Below, piece by piece: positions 24,332 to 36,465 of a stretch of DNA of 64,000 bases. Both the position numbers and the translations under genes were made by a program. Origin of the DNA: Fonticula alba ATCC 38817 (taxonomy: Eukaryota > Protista > Nucleariida); NCBI GenBank assembly GCA_000388065.2, contig KB932207.1; one strand, 5' to 3'. Numbering within the stretch: the stretch's first letter is position 1; each line of letters begins with the position of its first letter. The notes under the pieces were generated by a model, which was not told the origin of the DNA, did no database searches, and saw only the letters and a list, made by a program, of their open reading frames with translations.

Positions 24332-26967
24332 CTTGCTACCTCCCCTGCNNNNNNNNNNNNNNNNNNNNNNNNNNNNNNNNNNNNNNNNNNNNNNNNNNNN
24401 NNNNNNNNNNNNNNNNNNNNNNNNNNNNNNNNNNNNNNNNNNNNNNNNNNNNNNNNNNNNNNNNNNNNNNNNNNNNNNNNNNNNNNNNNNNNNNNNNNNN
24501 NNNNNNNNNNNNNNNNNNNNNNNNNNNNNNNNNNNNNNNNNNNNNNNNNNNNNNNNNNNNNNNNNNNNNNNNNNNNNNNNNNNNNNNNNNNNNNNNNNNN
24601 NNNNNNNNNNNNNNNNNNNNNNNNNNNNNNNNNNNNNNNNNNNNNNNNNNNNNNNNNNNNNNNNNNNNNNNNNNNNNNNNNNNNNNNNNNNNNNNNNNNN
24701 NNNNNNNNNNNNNNNNNNNNNNNNNNNNNNNNNNNNNNNNNNNNNNNNNNNNNNNNNNNNNNNNNNNNNNNNNNNNNNNNNNNNNNNNNNNNNNNNNNNN
24801 NNNNNNNNNNNNNNNNNNNNNNNNNNNNNNNNNNNNNNNNNNNNNNNNNNNNNNNNNNNNNNNNNNNNNNNNNNNNNNNNNNNNNNNNNNNNNNNNNNNN
24901 NNNNNNNNNNNNNNNNNNNNNNNNNNNNNNNNNNNNNNNNNNNNNNNNNNNNNNNNNNNNNNNNNNNNNNNNNNNNNNNNNNGGGGGGGCGGGGGGCGGG
25001 GGCGATTCCGGCGCAATCGATCCGGGGCCGGGGGCGGGGGAGAGGGGGAGGCGTGTGGGAAACTTGCTGGCCCCTCGCGCGCGCGCGCGCGCCCCTCGGG
25101 GCACAGGCCGCGTCTATCCCCCCCCCCCCGGCTGCCCCGCCTGGCGTCCGGCTGACCGGGTGGGAATGGCGTCGCAAGTGAATGCGAAGCCTCGGGCGCG
25201 ACCGGCCCGGACGGACATTATGCCCCGGTACTGCTGGAATCGGGGGCATGCCCCCCTTCGCCCCGCTCCTGTCGTGTCGAAGTGCCCTCGTCAGGCGTGC
25301 GATGTGGCCTCCCGCATGGCTTACCCTTATGGGGGGGGGGGGGGCAGAGGGGCGGGCGCCCCCCCCGTGGGATGATGCCAGCATGCGCTGTTCTCGCCGT
25401 CTCTTGGCCTCTCCGGGGAAGGGAGCCGACACGCCAGGGGGGCCGAGTTTGTTGGCGCCCCTCGGGCTTGGGCCGGTCCGCTCGACCGGCCAGCTGTGCG
25501 GCCATTCTCTCCCATCGAGGTCCCCTTCGCTGGAGGCCGCACGCCCCTGGGACTTTGGAGGGGGAATGGGGGGCCGCAGGAAAACCGGCCGCAGGGCGCA
25601 TGCCGCCCGCGGGCGTGCCAGCTGAGCTGGAGCGCAGGCACGCGTGGAGGTGCCTCAGGGCTCTGGCGGTGGCCGGTGGCCCGGCTCTCCGGTCACCCCC
25701 TCTCGTCTCCTTGCGCCGGTTGTCCCCGGCTTGTCGCCTCGGTCTGCGCTGCCTCCGCTGCCTCCGCCGCCGCCGCCGCCGCCGCCCCCCGGGCTGCTCG
25801 TCCGTGGGGGTTCTCTCCGGTTGTTGCGCGTGCCAGCGAAAGCCGGGTTTCCCGGCTGGACTCTCATCTCCCCGGGGCGCTTGGCCGGCCTTCGGGTCAG
25901 TCATGGTCGAAGGGCATCCGGCGCGCGGGCGGGTGTGCACCCGCTTGTGAGCACCGTCCCACGCGCGCGAGTGCGCCTCCTTCTGGCCGGGCTTAACTCC
26001 CGACTCGGCGCCGCCTGTCTTCGAATGTGCTGGCAGCCGGAGGAGGCCTGCCCATCGGCGGGGAAGTGCCCGAGCGGGGCCCCCCCCCCCCCCCCCCCGG
26101 GCCTACACAGCTCCATCTTGGGCGACCGGCGGGTTGCTCGGATTCTTTTCTCCTGGCCGCCTCGCCGGGCATGGGCCCGCCAGCGCGAGGCCGGCACATC
26201 GGAGCGTCACGCGGGCGCCACATTCCCCCGACCCTTTCGGTCGCCTGCCGAGGGCTCGATTTCCCGACCTGTCCGGGGCCGGGCGCCATGTTTCAGCAGG
26301 AGGCCCTCGGTGCCCGGTCCCAGGCCGCGTCGGGCCCCTCCGGTGTCCTCGGTGCCGAGGCCGGGGCTCTCGGCGCTCCGGCGGCCTGGTGTCACGGGTT
26401 GTCGGCAACCCGGCCTAATTGGGGGGCCGCCAAACGCCTCGCCTGGTCGCTCTGCCTTCCCGGGCAGTCTGGGGAGGGGGAAAGGGCGCGTGGAGGCGTG
26501 CGTGGGTGCCCCGGCGCATAGTCCCCGCCTCCGGGTCCAGTTGCCATGCTGCCCTCACCGGCGGGGTCCGCACCGGGGCCCAGGGACAAGGCCCAGGTGG
26601 GGGGCCGTGGCTGCCCATGAGGGAACGAGAGGCGTCCGGGGGGGGGGGGGGCCGGGCAAGCAGGGGGCCCGCCCGCTAGGCCGAGGCCCCTGTGTAAGCC
26701 ACGGAGATTGGGGGGTATGAACACCGGGGCCCGAGGGGTGGGCCCAGAGCTCCGACAAAGGGGAGGGGGGGGGGGAGGACGGAGGGCAATGGCACATGCA
26801 GCCTGCACAGCCGGTCCCGCCGTCAGGCCTGTTTTCCACCCCCTCCTATCACGATAGATATCCACTTTGGCCTCGATGGGGTAAATTGCACCGGGCGTTT
26901 TGGCGCCGCGGCATTGTCTCGCGCGATCAGCCCCGAGCGCTCCCCCAGCGAACAAGGCCGCCGCCGC

Positions 26968-26999
<32 letters not shown>

Positions 27000-27309
27000 C
27001 CGTAGCAGTAACAGCAGCAGCAGCAGCAGCAGCAGCAACAGCAGGATTCAGCCTGGCAGTGGCCGTAGGGCGAGTGGCGAAGGGGGTGGCGGGAGGCCAT
27101 CGGGGCCGATCTGGGCTATCAGGAAGACAGGAGGTGCTCGCTGGCCGAGCGGGCTTCGGGTTTCGGGAGGGCGGCGAGGTTGGGCGGCAGCAGCCGTGGC
27201 TGCAGCTGCTACTGCGGCAACTCCCGGGCCCTTCCACCCTTCGGTCATGACCGGTGCCCGGTGGATTTTGGTGCCATTGCCTCGCGTCGGCATGCGCGTG
27301 GTTGTGGTC

Positions 27310-27351
27310 GGGGCCGGGGCCGGGGCCGGGGCCGGGGCCCGGGCCCGGGCC
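27310..27351 (+). repeat. (GGGGCC)5(CGGGCC)2 hexanucleotide repeat, G-quadruplex potential
   Basis: Direct sequence, about 160 bp upstream of a TATA box. Confidence 0.85.
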
Positions 27352-27507
27352 GGCCAAGCGGCCCTCCCCATGCCAGTGGCGCTGGCCCGGGGATCGAGCC
27401 CCGTGTCACCGGCTGATGCCTTTGGTCGGGAGGCACCGACAAGCACGCGTGCCCGTCGGCAACTTGTGCCACGCTGAACACCGGCGCCCGGGCCGGGGCG
27501 AGCGCAC

Positions 27508-27514
27508 TATAAAA
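27508..27514 (+). promoter_or_regulatory. TATA box (TATAAAA) upstream of the GPI-anchored Cys-rich gene; probable 5'-UTR intron at 27773-27916
   Basis: Canonical TATAAAA, otherwise rare in this GC-rich window. A downstream GTGAGA donor, CTGAC branch point and TAG acceptor lie before the ATG at 27957. Confidence 0.6.
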
Positions 27515-27668
27515 GCCGCCGCGCCGTCAAACACCCTCAGTGTCTCATTCAAGCCAAGATTCGAGCAGCCTCTACTCCTTTCTCCCCCTCTCTCTTTCTC
27601 GCTCTCCCTGCAGCCCCTTCTTCCCCTCGCCTCTACTGATTGCACTGTACGCACACACCAGCTACAAG

Positions 27669-27705
<37 letters not shown>

Positions 27706-27956
27706 GCTTCGGGGTGTTATGTCACCCTGCCACGCCCACATGCGCCTGCCCATGCGCGCACATCACCTTCCGGTGAGAATCCCGGCATGCGCGCCCTGCC
27801 GAGGGGGAAAGGCCCCCGGGACCCTCGCCAAGCAGATCGCACGCCCTTTACTGACTCTTGCGCCTCCCGCGCCGGTGGGCGCCGTTTCCGCGCTTTTTCG
27901 CCCTCTTCGATCGTAGAGCAGGCGCACACGCACACACGCACACACGCACACACATC

Positions 27957-29149
27957 ATGTTTACCGGGTCTCACAAGAAGTTCGCCGCTCTGGCCATGGT
28001 CCTGGTGGCCCTTGTCGGTGCGTGCCCCGGCCTTTGCCCATGCGTGCATGGCCCTGTGGCCTGGCGCCTGTCACCTGTCGCCTGTCGCTCACCCGGGACC
28101 TAACCCCGCCTCGCTCTGGCCCCTTCCCCCCCCCCCCCCCCCCCCCCCCCGATGCCGACTTGCTGCTGCCTGCCGGCCATGGGGCCACACGGGCAGCCTG
28201 CGCCTCGCATGGTGATGCCAAGGCCGCCACCCGTCGGTCTCGGCGGGCCCTTAGCCGCGTGCGCCAGTCCCGCCGGGCCCTGGGTCGCCGTGCGGAGGGG
28301 TCCTCCGCCAGCGGGTCGGAGACGCTGGGCTCCGGGGCCCCCGGCTCCGAGGCCCCCGGCTCCGAGGCCCCCGGCTCCGAGCCCTCCTACGATTACACCA
28401 CCCCCGTGGACCTGACCACCTCCTGCCAGGTCGACCGCCTGGACTGGGACGTGGTGGTGGAGACATGCATCGACGAGGACCCCTGCACCACCGAGTGCGT
28501 TTGGGCCTGGTACCAGAGCGCCAACTGCTACCAGCTCTTCGACGAGGAGGGCGGCCCGGAGATCTGCCAGGACGAGCTGGACGAGCTGCGCGAGCTGTGC
28601 CCGGAGGCCACCCAGCTGGCCGAGGCCACCTGCACCACGAACCTGCCCCCGGTGCCGGCGGACTGCACCGACGAGAAGATGGATGACATGCTGCCGGAGA
28701 AGTGCCTGGCCGGGGAGGACACCGCCAGCCGCTGCAGCCAGGAGTGCATCGAGGCCGGCATGAACCTGTACGTGTGCGAGGTCAAGCGCTTCCAGTACAC
28801 CGAGCAGCACTGCTGGGCCGGCGCCGTGGAGACCAGCCTCACGGACCCGGACTTCTCCAACCCCCAGCGGTGCCCGGCTGGCACCTATGGCGGTGACACC
28901 GCCACCGAGGATGTGGCTGCCCAGTTCCAGTGCGCCGCCCCGGCCGACGCGTCCGGCAGCGAGCCGCACTCCGGCAGCGAGCCGCACTCCGGCAGCGAGC
29001 CGCACTCCGGCAGCCAGCCGCACTCCGGCAGCGAGCACAGCGGCGAGCATGGCAGCTCCAGCTCCGGCAACGCGGCTTCCAGCCTGCGCGCCAACGCGGC
29101 CGCCCTGGCCGGCGCGGTCCTGGCCGCCGCGGCCATGATGCTTGCCTAA
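27957..29149 (+). CDS. Secreted, probably GPI-anchored Cys-rich surface protein with a tandem 8-Cys module (2 exons)
   Basis: Exon 1 MFTGSHKKFAALAMVLVALV (donor GTGCGT) splices in phase to ACASHGDAK…, giving a signal peptide. It is followed by an Arg-rich propeptide, (GSEAP)n, 16 Cys, (SGSEPH)n, and a C-terminal SSGNAASSLRANAAALAGAVLAAAAMMLA typical of GPI signals. Confidence 0.85.
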
Positions 29150-30202
29150 AGGCCGGCCGCGGGGGCTGTGTGGACCTGCCACCACCGCCGCGTGTGTCCC
29201 ATGGATCAGCCTGTTGCCAGGCGCAATGTGCCTGGCAATCGGACAGCGTGGGGGCCTCTCCAACAGGGGAAGGCCAAAGCAACCTGGCAGGGAGGGGGAC
29301 CCATTGCCCAATGGGCAACGCGTGTGTCCCCCATGTTCGTGTGTATGCGAGTATCCGTGTAGGTGTGTGAGAGTCTAACGCGTATGTATGTGTAAATGAA
29401 TATATACATGCTTTTTATTGATGTGTGTGCATCATGTGTGTGTGAGAGAGAGTGTGTGTGTGTTAATGTATGTTTCTGCTGTCCTGCTCTCGTAAGGGGG
29501 GGGGGGCACCGGCGAAGGAGCGACAACAACCGGCCGGGGGAGATCCCTCCGCGCGTCATTTCCCGGGAGAGAAGATCGCCGCTTTATGCAGCACTGTGCC
29601 GATCGTGCAGGCGACCTCCGTGTCCCTTTTCCCTCGTACCGGCCCCCCCCCTCCCGAGCCCAGGCACCCAAGGGCCCCACTTGCCACGGCTCCGCTGGCC
29701 CACGCAGGACGCGTGTGGGCACATCTGTCAGGCAAGGGGGGAAACACAATTTCCCACCACCATCACCACCTCTACACCACTCTAAGAATAGACTGATATG
29801 CTCATCCACCATTCGTGCTACTCTCCGGCGCAATGCCGCAGAGAAGGGGGGCAGCAGAGGCACAGGCGTCGGGGAGGCGGCGGCGGCGGCGGCGGCGGGG
29901 GGGGGGGGGGAAAGACCCCGGCGCCGGAAAGAGGGGAACATGTATCCCGGACAGAAAGTACAACAGTGGGTGCATGCACCGGATGTGCGCCNNNNNNNNN
30001 NNNNNNNNNNNNNNNNNNNNNNNNNNNNNNNNNNNNNNNNNNNNNNNNNNNNNNNNNNNNNNNNNNNNNNNNNNNNNNNNNNNNNNNNNNNNNNNNNNNN
30101 NNNNNNNNNNNNNNNNNNNNNNNNNNNNNNNNNNNNNNNNNNNNNNNNNNNNNNNNNNNNNNNNNNNNNNNNNNNNNNNNNNNNNNNNNNNNNNNNNNNN
30201 NG

Positions 30203-30962
30203 TTACGCCAGAAGCAGGTCCTGGGTGCGCATGTCGTGATCGTTCTTGCCGCGCGACGTGGCCGGCGGCCGGGCCGGCTTGTCCAGGTTCTCATACGAGC
30301 GGAGCGGCCGACCGACGATGGCGGATATGCTGATGCCGCTGAGGACATCGGCCGCGGCGATCGAGGCAGCCGCCGCCGCCGGCGAGATGGCCGCAATGGC
30401 CGAGAGCGATGCCTGAGGGCTCCCGGGGCCGGTGCTGACCGCCGAGGCGGCCGATGTGGCAAGCAGGGCGGCATGGTGCGCGCGCGCGGATTGCGTCTGA
30501 ACCGCCTTGCGGAAGCGCCGGGCGGTGTAGTCAATCGACAGATCCGTCCACAGGAAGGGATCATGCGTGTAGGCGCGGAAAAGGGTGGCCTACGGGTGCC
30601 AGAGGACAGCCGCGGCCGGGGCGGGCAGTGGGAGGGAAGGGCGCCACGATGGGGGAGGAGGCGCGCCAGGAAGGGTCCAAGTCAGCGAGGTTCCCAATAG
30701 CTCGAGCAAGTGTCCGGGTTTGCGCGCGGCAACCGGACAACCATGCAAGCGTACCTGCGCATCTAGCTGGGAAAAGAGGTTGGCGTGCTTCAGACGCAGA
30801 TGCTTCTGCACGAAGGGCGGCGCGGAGAAGAGCTTATTGCAAGCCGTGCACCGGTACCGAGATTCCCGCTCCAGAAGGACCCGGTTGCGCAGTGTGTCAA
30901 TCACGGCCGCAGCGCTACATGTGCATGCGCATGTGCATGCGCATGTGCATGTGTGTGTGAGA

Positions 30963-31002
<40 letters not shown>

Positions 31003-34000
31003 GTAAGTGAGGGGGGGGGGGCGTGCGCGTGCTAACACAGCAAAGGGGCTAGATAGTCGGCAGGGGCCGGCCTAGGAAGGCCGGTGAGAAACACGCACGC
31101 GTCACCGATACCGAAGAGGGCCTCCGGCAGGCTGATTGGTCCACCCGAGGTGTCAGGCATGATGGTCCCCGAGGAGGAAGAGGTCTCGGTAAAGGCGTCG
31201 CTCGGCACCGTCGGGAGCGGGGCATTCCAGCAGTGCAGCAGCGACTGCAGGCGCAGGGCGAAGTTGCGCGCCCGCGTGTCCAGCCAATCCATCCACGGGG
31301 CGGAGTTTTCTACATCACCAGCAGCATCGGTCAGAGGGGGCGGGGGGAGAGGGGGGGGGGGGGGCGGATTTGAGGCAGGAGACGAAAACACACCAGTGAC
31401 CATTTCCCCATCAATGCCCGGGGGGATGACCGCTCGGACGATGCCAACCCCACCACAGCGCTGGGCCAGCGCCGAGAAGGACGAGAAGCGCGTCATCGAG
31501 TAGTAGTCCACGAAGTGCACCCGCCGGAGGTAGCTCACCAGCAGGTCCACGGCTTCCAAGTCCGGCATGGCGGCTGCCAGCTCGAGGTCCATGTCAGTGG
31601 GCGCAGGGGGAGCCGCCGGGCCGGGCGAAGCCACCGACCCTGCCGGCGCCTCGAGGAAGGGAGCCGCCGAGGGCTCCATCAAGGCGTCGGCCGCCGGCGG
31701 GGCAGGGGCCTCGGCCTCCGGCGCCGTGGCCGGCGTGACCCCCGGGGCAGGCCCGGCCGTGGCCGCCGAAGAGGACCCGGCGGAGGCGCCGGCCGAGGAC
31801 GCCGGCGAGGCGGGCTGGTTGCTCAGGCTCAGTGACAGCGGCAGGAGCAGGGTCGGCTGGGGGGCTGTGGCGGCAGCGGCTGCCGCGGCGGCGGCCGCCG
31901 CCGCCGCCGCCCGCGCGGCCGCCCGGTCACTGTGGCTCTGCCCGCCGGACATGTTCAGCACCGATGTCAGATCGGTTGCCGGGCGGAAGTAGACGTCCGA
32001 CTCGCGCTCCGGGAAGTAGGTGCCGGTCGAGAAGATGACCGCTCGCGCGGAGGCCGGCAGAGGGTGATGGCCAACCCCCTCGCCGCTGGACGCCTGAAGG
32101 ATGACCTTGCCAGACTTGTCGGTGATCTTGCGCTCCAGATCCAGCAGGCGGACCAGCTGCGACAGCTGCTCGCGGTCGTGGCGCAGACGCTCCGGCGTCG
32201 AGGAGGCCGACGGGACCAGCTGGGCCTGGAATTTGGCCGATGGCAGGACAGTTGCCTGGAGATAGGCCCCAGACAGCTATGGAGGGGGGGGGGGGCAGGG
32301 GGGAGGGGAGGCGGAAGGCAGCCGGATTGCGGATGGGGGAGAGGGTGGCGAGAGGCGGGCAGAAATGCCGTGTTGGATGTCCAGGAAAAGAAGGACGTCA
32401 GTGGGCGGCTGCGGGGATAGAGTGATCGAGGCCCAACGATGAGAGGAGGGCAGAGAAAGAGAAAGAAAGAGAGAGAAAGAGAGAGAGAAGGAGAGAGAGA
32501 GGCAGAGAGAGGCAGAGAGAGAGAGAGAGAGANNNNNNNNNNNNNNNNNNNNNNNNNNNNNNNNNNNNNNNNNNNNNNNNNNNNNNNNNNNNNNNNNNNN
32601 NNNNNNNNNNNNNNNNNNNNNNNNNNNNNNNNNNNNNNNNNNNNNNNNNNNNNNNNNNNNNNNNNNNNNNNNNNNNNNNNNNNNNNNNNNNNNNNNNNNN
32701 NNNNNNNNNNNNNNNNNNNNNNNNNNNNNNNNNNNNNNNNNNNNNNNNNNNNNNNNNNNNNNNNNNNNNNNNNNNNNNNNNNNNNNNNNNNNNNNNNNNN
32801 NNNNNNNNNNNNNNNNNNNNNNNNNNNNNNNNNNNNNNNNNNNNNNNNNNNNNNNNNNNNNNNNNNNNNNNNNNNNNNNNNNNNNNNNNNNNNNNNNNNN
32901 NNNNNNNNNNNNNNNNNNNNNNNNNNNNNNNNNNNNNNNNNNNNNNNNNNNNNNNNNNNNNNNNNNNNNNNNNNNNNNNNNNNNNNNNNNNNNNNNNNNN
33001 NNNNNNNNNNNNNNNNNNNNNNNNNNNNNNNNNNNNNNNNNNNNNNNNNNNNNNNNNNNNNNNNNNNNGGAGAGAGAGAGAGAGAGAGAAGGAGAGAGAT
33101 GCACCTTCATGGAGCTGATCTTGGCGGCGATCAGTCCGGCCGCAGCGAGGAGCTCCGCCTCCAGGTCCGCCTCAGAGGGCGGGGGCGCCTCGACGTCCAG
33201 CCCATCGGAGCCGGCATCAGCCGGAATCCCCGGTCCAGGGACCTCGGCCGGCGTGTCGACGGCCATGCCGGTGCCATCAGCACTGTCAGTGGCTGCTGCC
33301 GCTGCCGCCGCTGCCGCCGCCGCTGCCACAGCCGCCGCCGCCTGGATCTCCTTGCGGCTGGCACGCGTCGCACTGAAGGACACCCAGGCCGAACGGGCCA
33401 GGTGCCGCTCGGGACGCGGCTCGCCCACCTCGATGGAGCCAATCTTGACCAGCAGCTCCCCGAAGAGGACATCCCCACCATCAAGCAGACCCTGCTCCTG
33501 TTCGGCCTGCGCGCGGCCGCGGGCATCACGGCCTCCGACGCCACTGGCGCCCAGCATTCCTGGACGGGGCGGGGCCGCCCCGAGCAGGCCGATGGCCGCC
33601 GCTGCCGAGGGGGTGGCCTCCATGGTGCAGGCCACCACCGCTGAGGACACCAGCTCCCAGAGGGCCGAGCTACCGGCATCCGGCCGGATCCCATGGATCA
33701 AGACCAGTGCCTCGGCCGTGGGGCCGGCGCCATCCGAACCGCCGGCCGGGCCGCCGAGCGCTCCCCCGGCTCGCATCGTGTCCACCAGCCCGGGAGTCAC
33801 GTCCGTGGGCTGGGGAAAGGCCCCGGACAGGGGGATCAGCTCCTCCCAAGAGCGCGCCCGGTCGGAGATCTCCTTGGCCGTGGGGGTGGCCATGACCGCG
33901 CGTGAGGCGTCCACCAGAGCGTCAGCCGGATTGTAGGCCAGCGGCTGGCTCGGGTCAAAGGCCTTGAAGGCCAGGTGCACCACCTCGGCATCGGCCACAC

Positions 34001-35889
34001 CGCACCGGCGATAGCGCTCCTGGAACCTATGAACGGGAGGGGGGAGGGGGGGGGGGGNNNNNNNNNNNNNNNNNNNNNNNNNNNNNNNNNNNNNNNNNNN
34101 NNNNNNNNNNNNNNNNNNNNNNNNNNNNNNNNNNNNNNNNNNNNNNNNNNNNNNNNNNNNNNNNNNNNNNNNNNNNNNNNNNNNNNNNNNNNNNNNNNNN
34201 NNNNNNNNNNNNNNNNNNNNNNNNNNNNNNNNGGGGGGGGCGGGGAGGCGGGATTAGAAGCCGGCTCAAGACAGGGGACGCAGCACCGCCCGGCGAACAG
34301 GCCACATACCACTCGGTGTTAGACCACTTCTCAAAGAAGTCCAGGGCGCTGCGCTTGAGCACCCGTTGGTAGTAGCGCTGATGCGCCACCGTGGGGTTGG
34401 TGTTCATCGAGTGGGCCTCCTCCTCGATAAAGCGCTCGAGGGTGATGATGCCATCCGAAGTGTACTGCTCGGCTCTGCATGGGCCGAGGGGGGGGGGGGG
34501 GGCGTGATCGAAGGCATGTCAGAGTCGTGGGAGAAGGGGGGGGGGGGGGGGGGGAGCACGGGCGGAGCCACGGGTCGTACTGGCCCTGGGAGGTGGAGGC
34601 GCCGGCCGGCGCTCCAGCAGGCTTGGAGGAAGTGCCGCTTCCAAAGCGAGAGGGGGGAGGGGGGGACCGAGACCGGCTGCGAGGCCGGCTCGGGAGACCG
34701 TCGCCTGGCGAGATGGACCGGCGCCGGCGCTTACTGCTCGGCGATGACAGGGCGAGCGGGTGGGCGGGAAGGGACGGAGTCAGGGGCAGAGCGAAACACA
34801 AGAACCGAAAGTGCCCACAACCTAGCCAGCACGGACCCAGCCTCAATCAGGGTGCGGCCAAACTCATCGGTCTCGGGCATGAAGTGCCGGCCATGCATGC
34901 CACTGCCAGAAGCATGGAAGCCCCCGCTCAGTGAGGAAGCCTCATGGTGGTAAGAGGGACCCTGCTGGTGGGAGGGGAAGCCACCACCGGCATGGGCACC
35001 ATACCCGGCCACTTGGCGGGAGGACGATCCGGAACTGGAGCTGGAGAACCCGCCAGAGGAGGGATCAGGCCGACGGTCGGACCAGCGGCCTGCAAGCGGG
35101 CGAGAGGGTTAGCAGGGAAGAGTAACTCGAGGGGGAAGAAGGAAAAGGAAGAGAGGGGGAGAAAGGGGGGAAAGGGGAAGAGAGGGGGAGAGGGGAAGAG
35201 AGGGGGAGAAAGGGGGGGGAGGGATGGAGAGAGGGAGAGAGAGTGGAGAGGAGACGTAAGAGGGAGGAGAAGGGAGAAAGAAAGAGAGGGGGAGAGGGGA
35301 AGAGAGGGGGAGAGGGGAAGAGAGGGGGNNNNNNNNNNNNNNNNNNNNNNNNNNNNNNNNNNNNNNNNNNNNNNNNNNNNNNNNNNNNNNNNNNNNNNNN
35401 NNNNNNNNNNNNNNNNNNNNNNNNNNNNNNNNNNNNNNNNNNNNNNNNNNNNNNNNNNNNNNNNNNNNNNNNNNNNNNNNNNNNNNNNNNNNNNNNNNNN
35501 NNNNNNNNNNNNNNNNNNNNNNNNNNNNNNNAGGGGGGAAAGGGGAAGAGAGGGGGAGAGGGGAAGAGAGGGGGAGAGGGGAAGAGAGGCGATAGACGAA
35601 AGAAGGAAGGTGGGTCCAGCAAGATGCGCGAAGACCCGTGAAAGGTTGGGAGGAAGGGCCAGAACAAGGGACGGGAGGAGATGGACGTACTAGAGCCAGT
35701 GGAACCGCTGCCACCGCGGCCACTTCCGCCTGTGGAGAAGCGTGAGCGCCCGGAAGACCGATGTCCAGCTGGTGAGATTGACCGAGACCGGGACCGGGCG
35801 CGGAAGTCCGCGCGCGAGCGCGAACCTGCCGAGGGAGACCGGCCGCGCGACGACGAATCACGGTCCGAATCGGAGTTGTACGAGTCCAT
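30203..35889 (-). CDS. SRRT: Serrate/ARS2 (SRRT) RNA effector (multi-exon, interrupted by gaps)
   Basis: RS-rich N-terminus; DFFEKWSNTEW|FQERY (ARS2 'FF..HK.EEWFkekY'); VSYLRRVHFVDYYS ('YLRiVHslDYY'); C2H2 finger YRCTACNKLFSAPPFVQKHLRLKH; C-terminal RPLRSYENLDKP ('Y.DLDAP'); TAA at 30203-30205. An alternative start lies at 35916. Confidence 0.92.
35150..35590. repeat. Purine-rich (AGAGGGGGAGAGGGGAAG)n minisatellite spanning a gap, in the first SRRT intron
   Basis: The same 18-bp unit occurs on both sides of the gap at 35329-35531. Confidence 0.8.
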
Positions 35890-36465
35890 CGCTGTGCTGA
35901 GGATGGGCGAAGGCAAGGGGGGAGCGATGCCCGTGGGCCCGTTGATAACTCCGAGGAATCAACCGGCGGGGGAAGGGAGGCGGAGAGAGAGAGAGAGAGG
36001 GGAGGGGGGGAGGGAGGGAGGAACGGGCGCGCAAAGTCCAGGCAAGACGAAAAGAGCACAGAAAAACGAGGAAGCGGAGAGGAGTAAGGGGGGGGGAGAG
36101 AGGGAGAGACAGACAGACAGAGGACAGAAGGGCGCTGACGGGTGAACCACATTGCCGGAGAATGTTGGCCCGGCTCAAAAGGAGACCCACTTCTCCTCGC
36201 CCAGAAAGGCGGGTACAGACGAGGGACCCGCGCCAACCGCCCCGGCAGAGGCATTGCCGTGTTTCCGGCGGGCCCGCGCAAGGTTCCGCCTCGCACGGCC
36301 TCCACACCGGCAAGCACAGACACACACGGCCGCGCACAGCCGCACTGACCGAGAAACGCGCGTGTGCTGTTGACCCTCTCCGTAATGGCCTCAGAACGTA
36401 ATCCGTCCGATTAAGTGTGTGTTTATTTGGATTAAGTCCGACGGCAACACGACGATCACCCGTCT

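Noticed and set aside
24349-24981. Long N runs (here and at ~32533, 40112, 57800 and elsewhere) giving X-rich 'ORFs'
   Set aside because: Scaffold gaps; nearly all are flanked by homopolymer G/C runs or dinucleotide repeats that defeat sequencing.
26392-27477. ORFs with (GP)n, poly-R, poly-S and poly-A tracts around the G4C2/CAG repeats
   Set aside because: They arise directly from simple repeats, mostly start at non-ATG codons, and have no splice-supported model.
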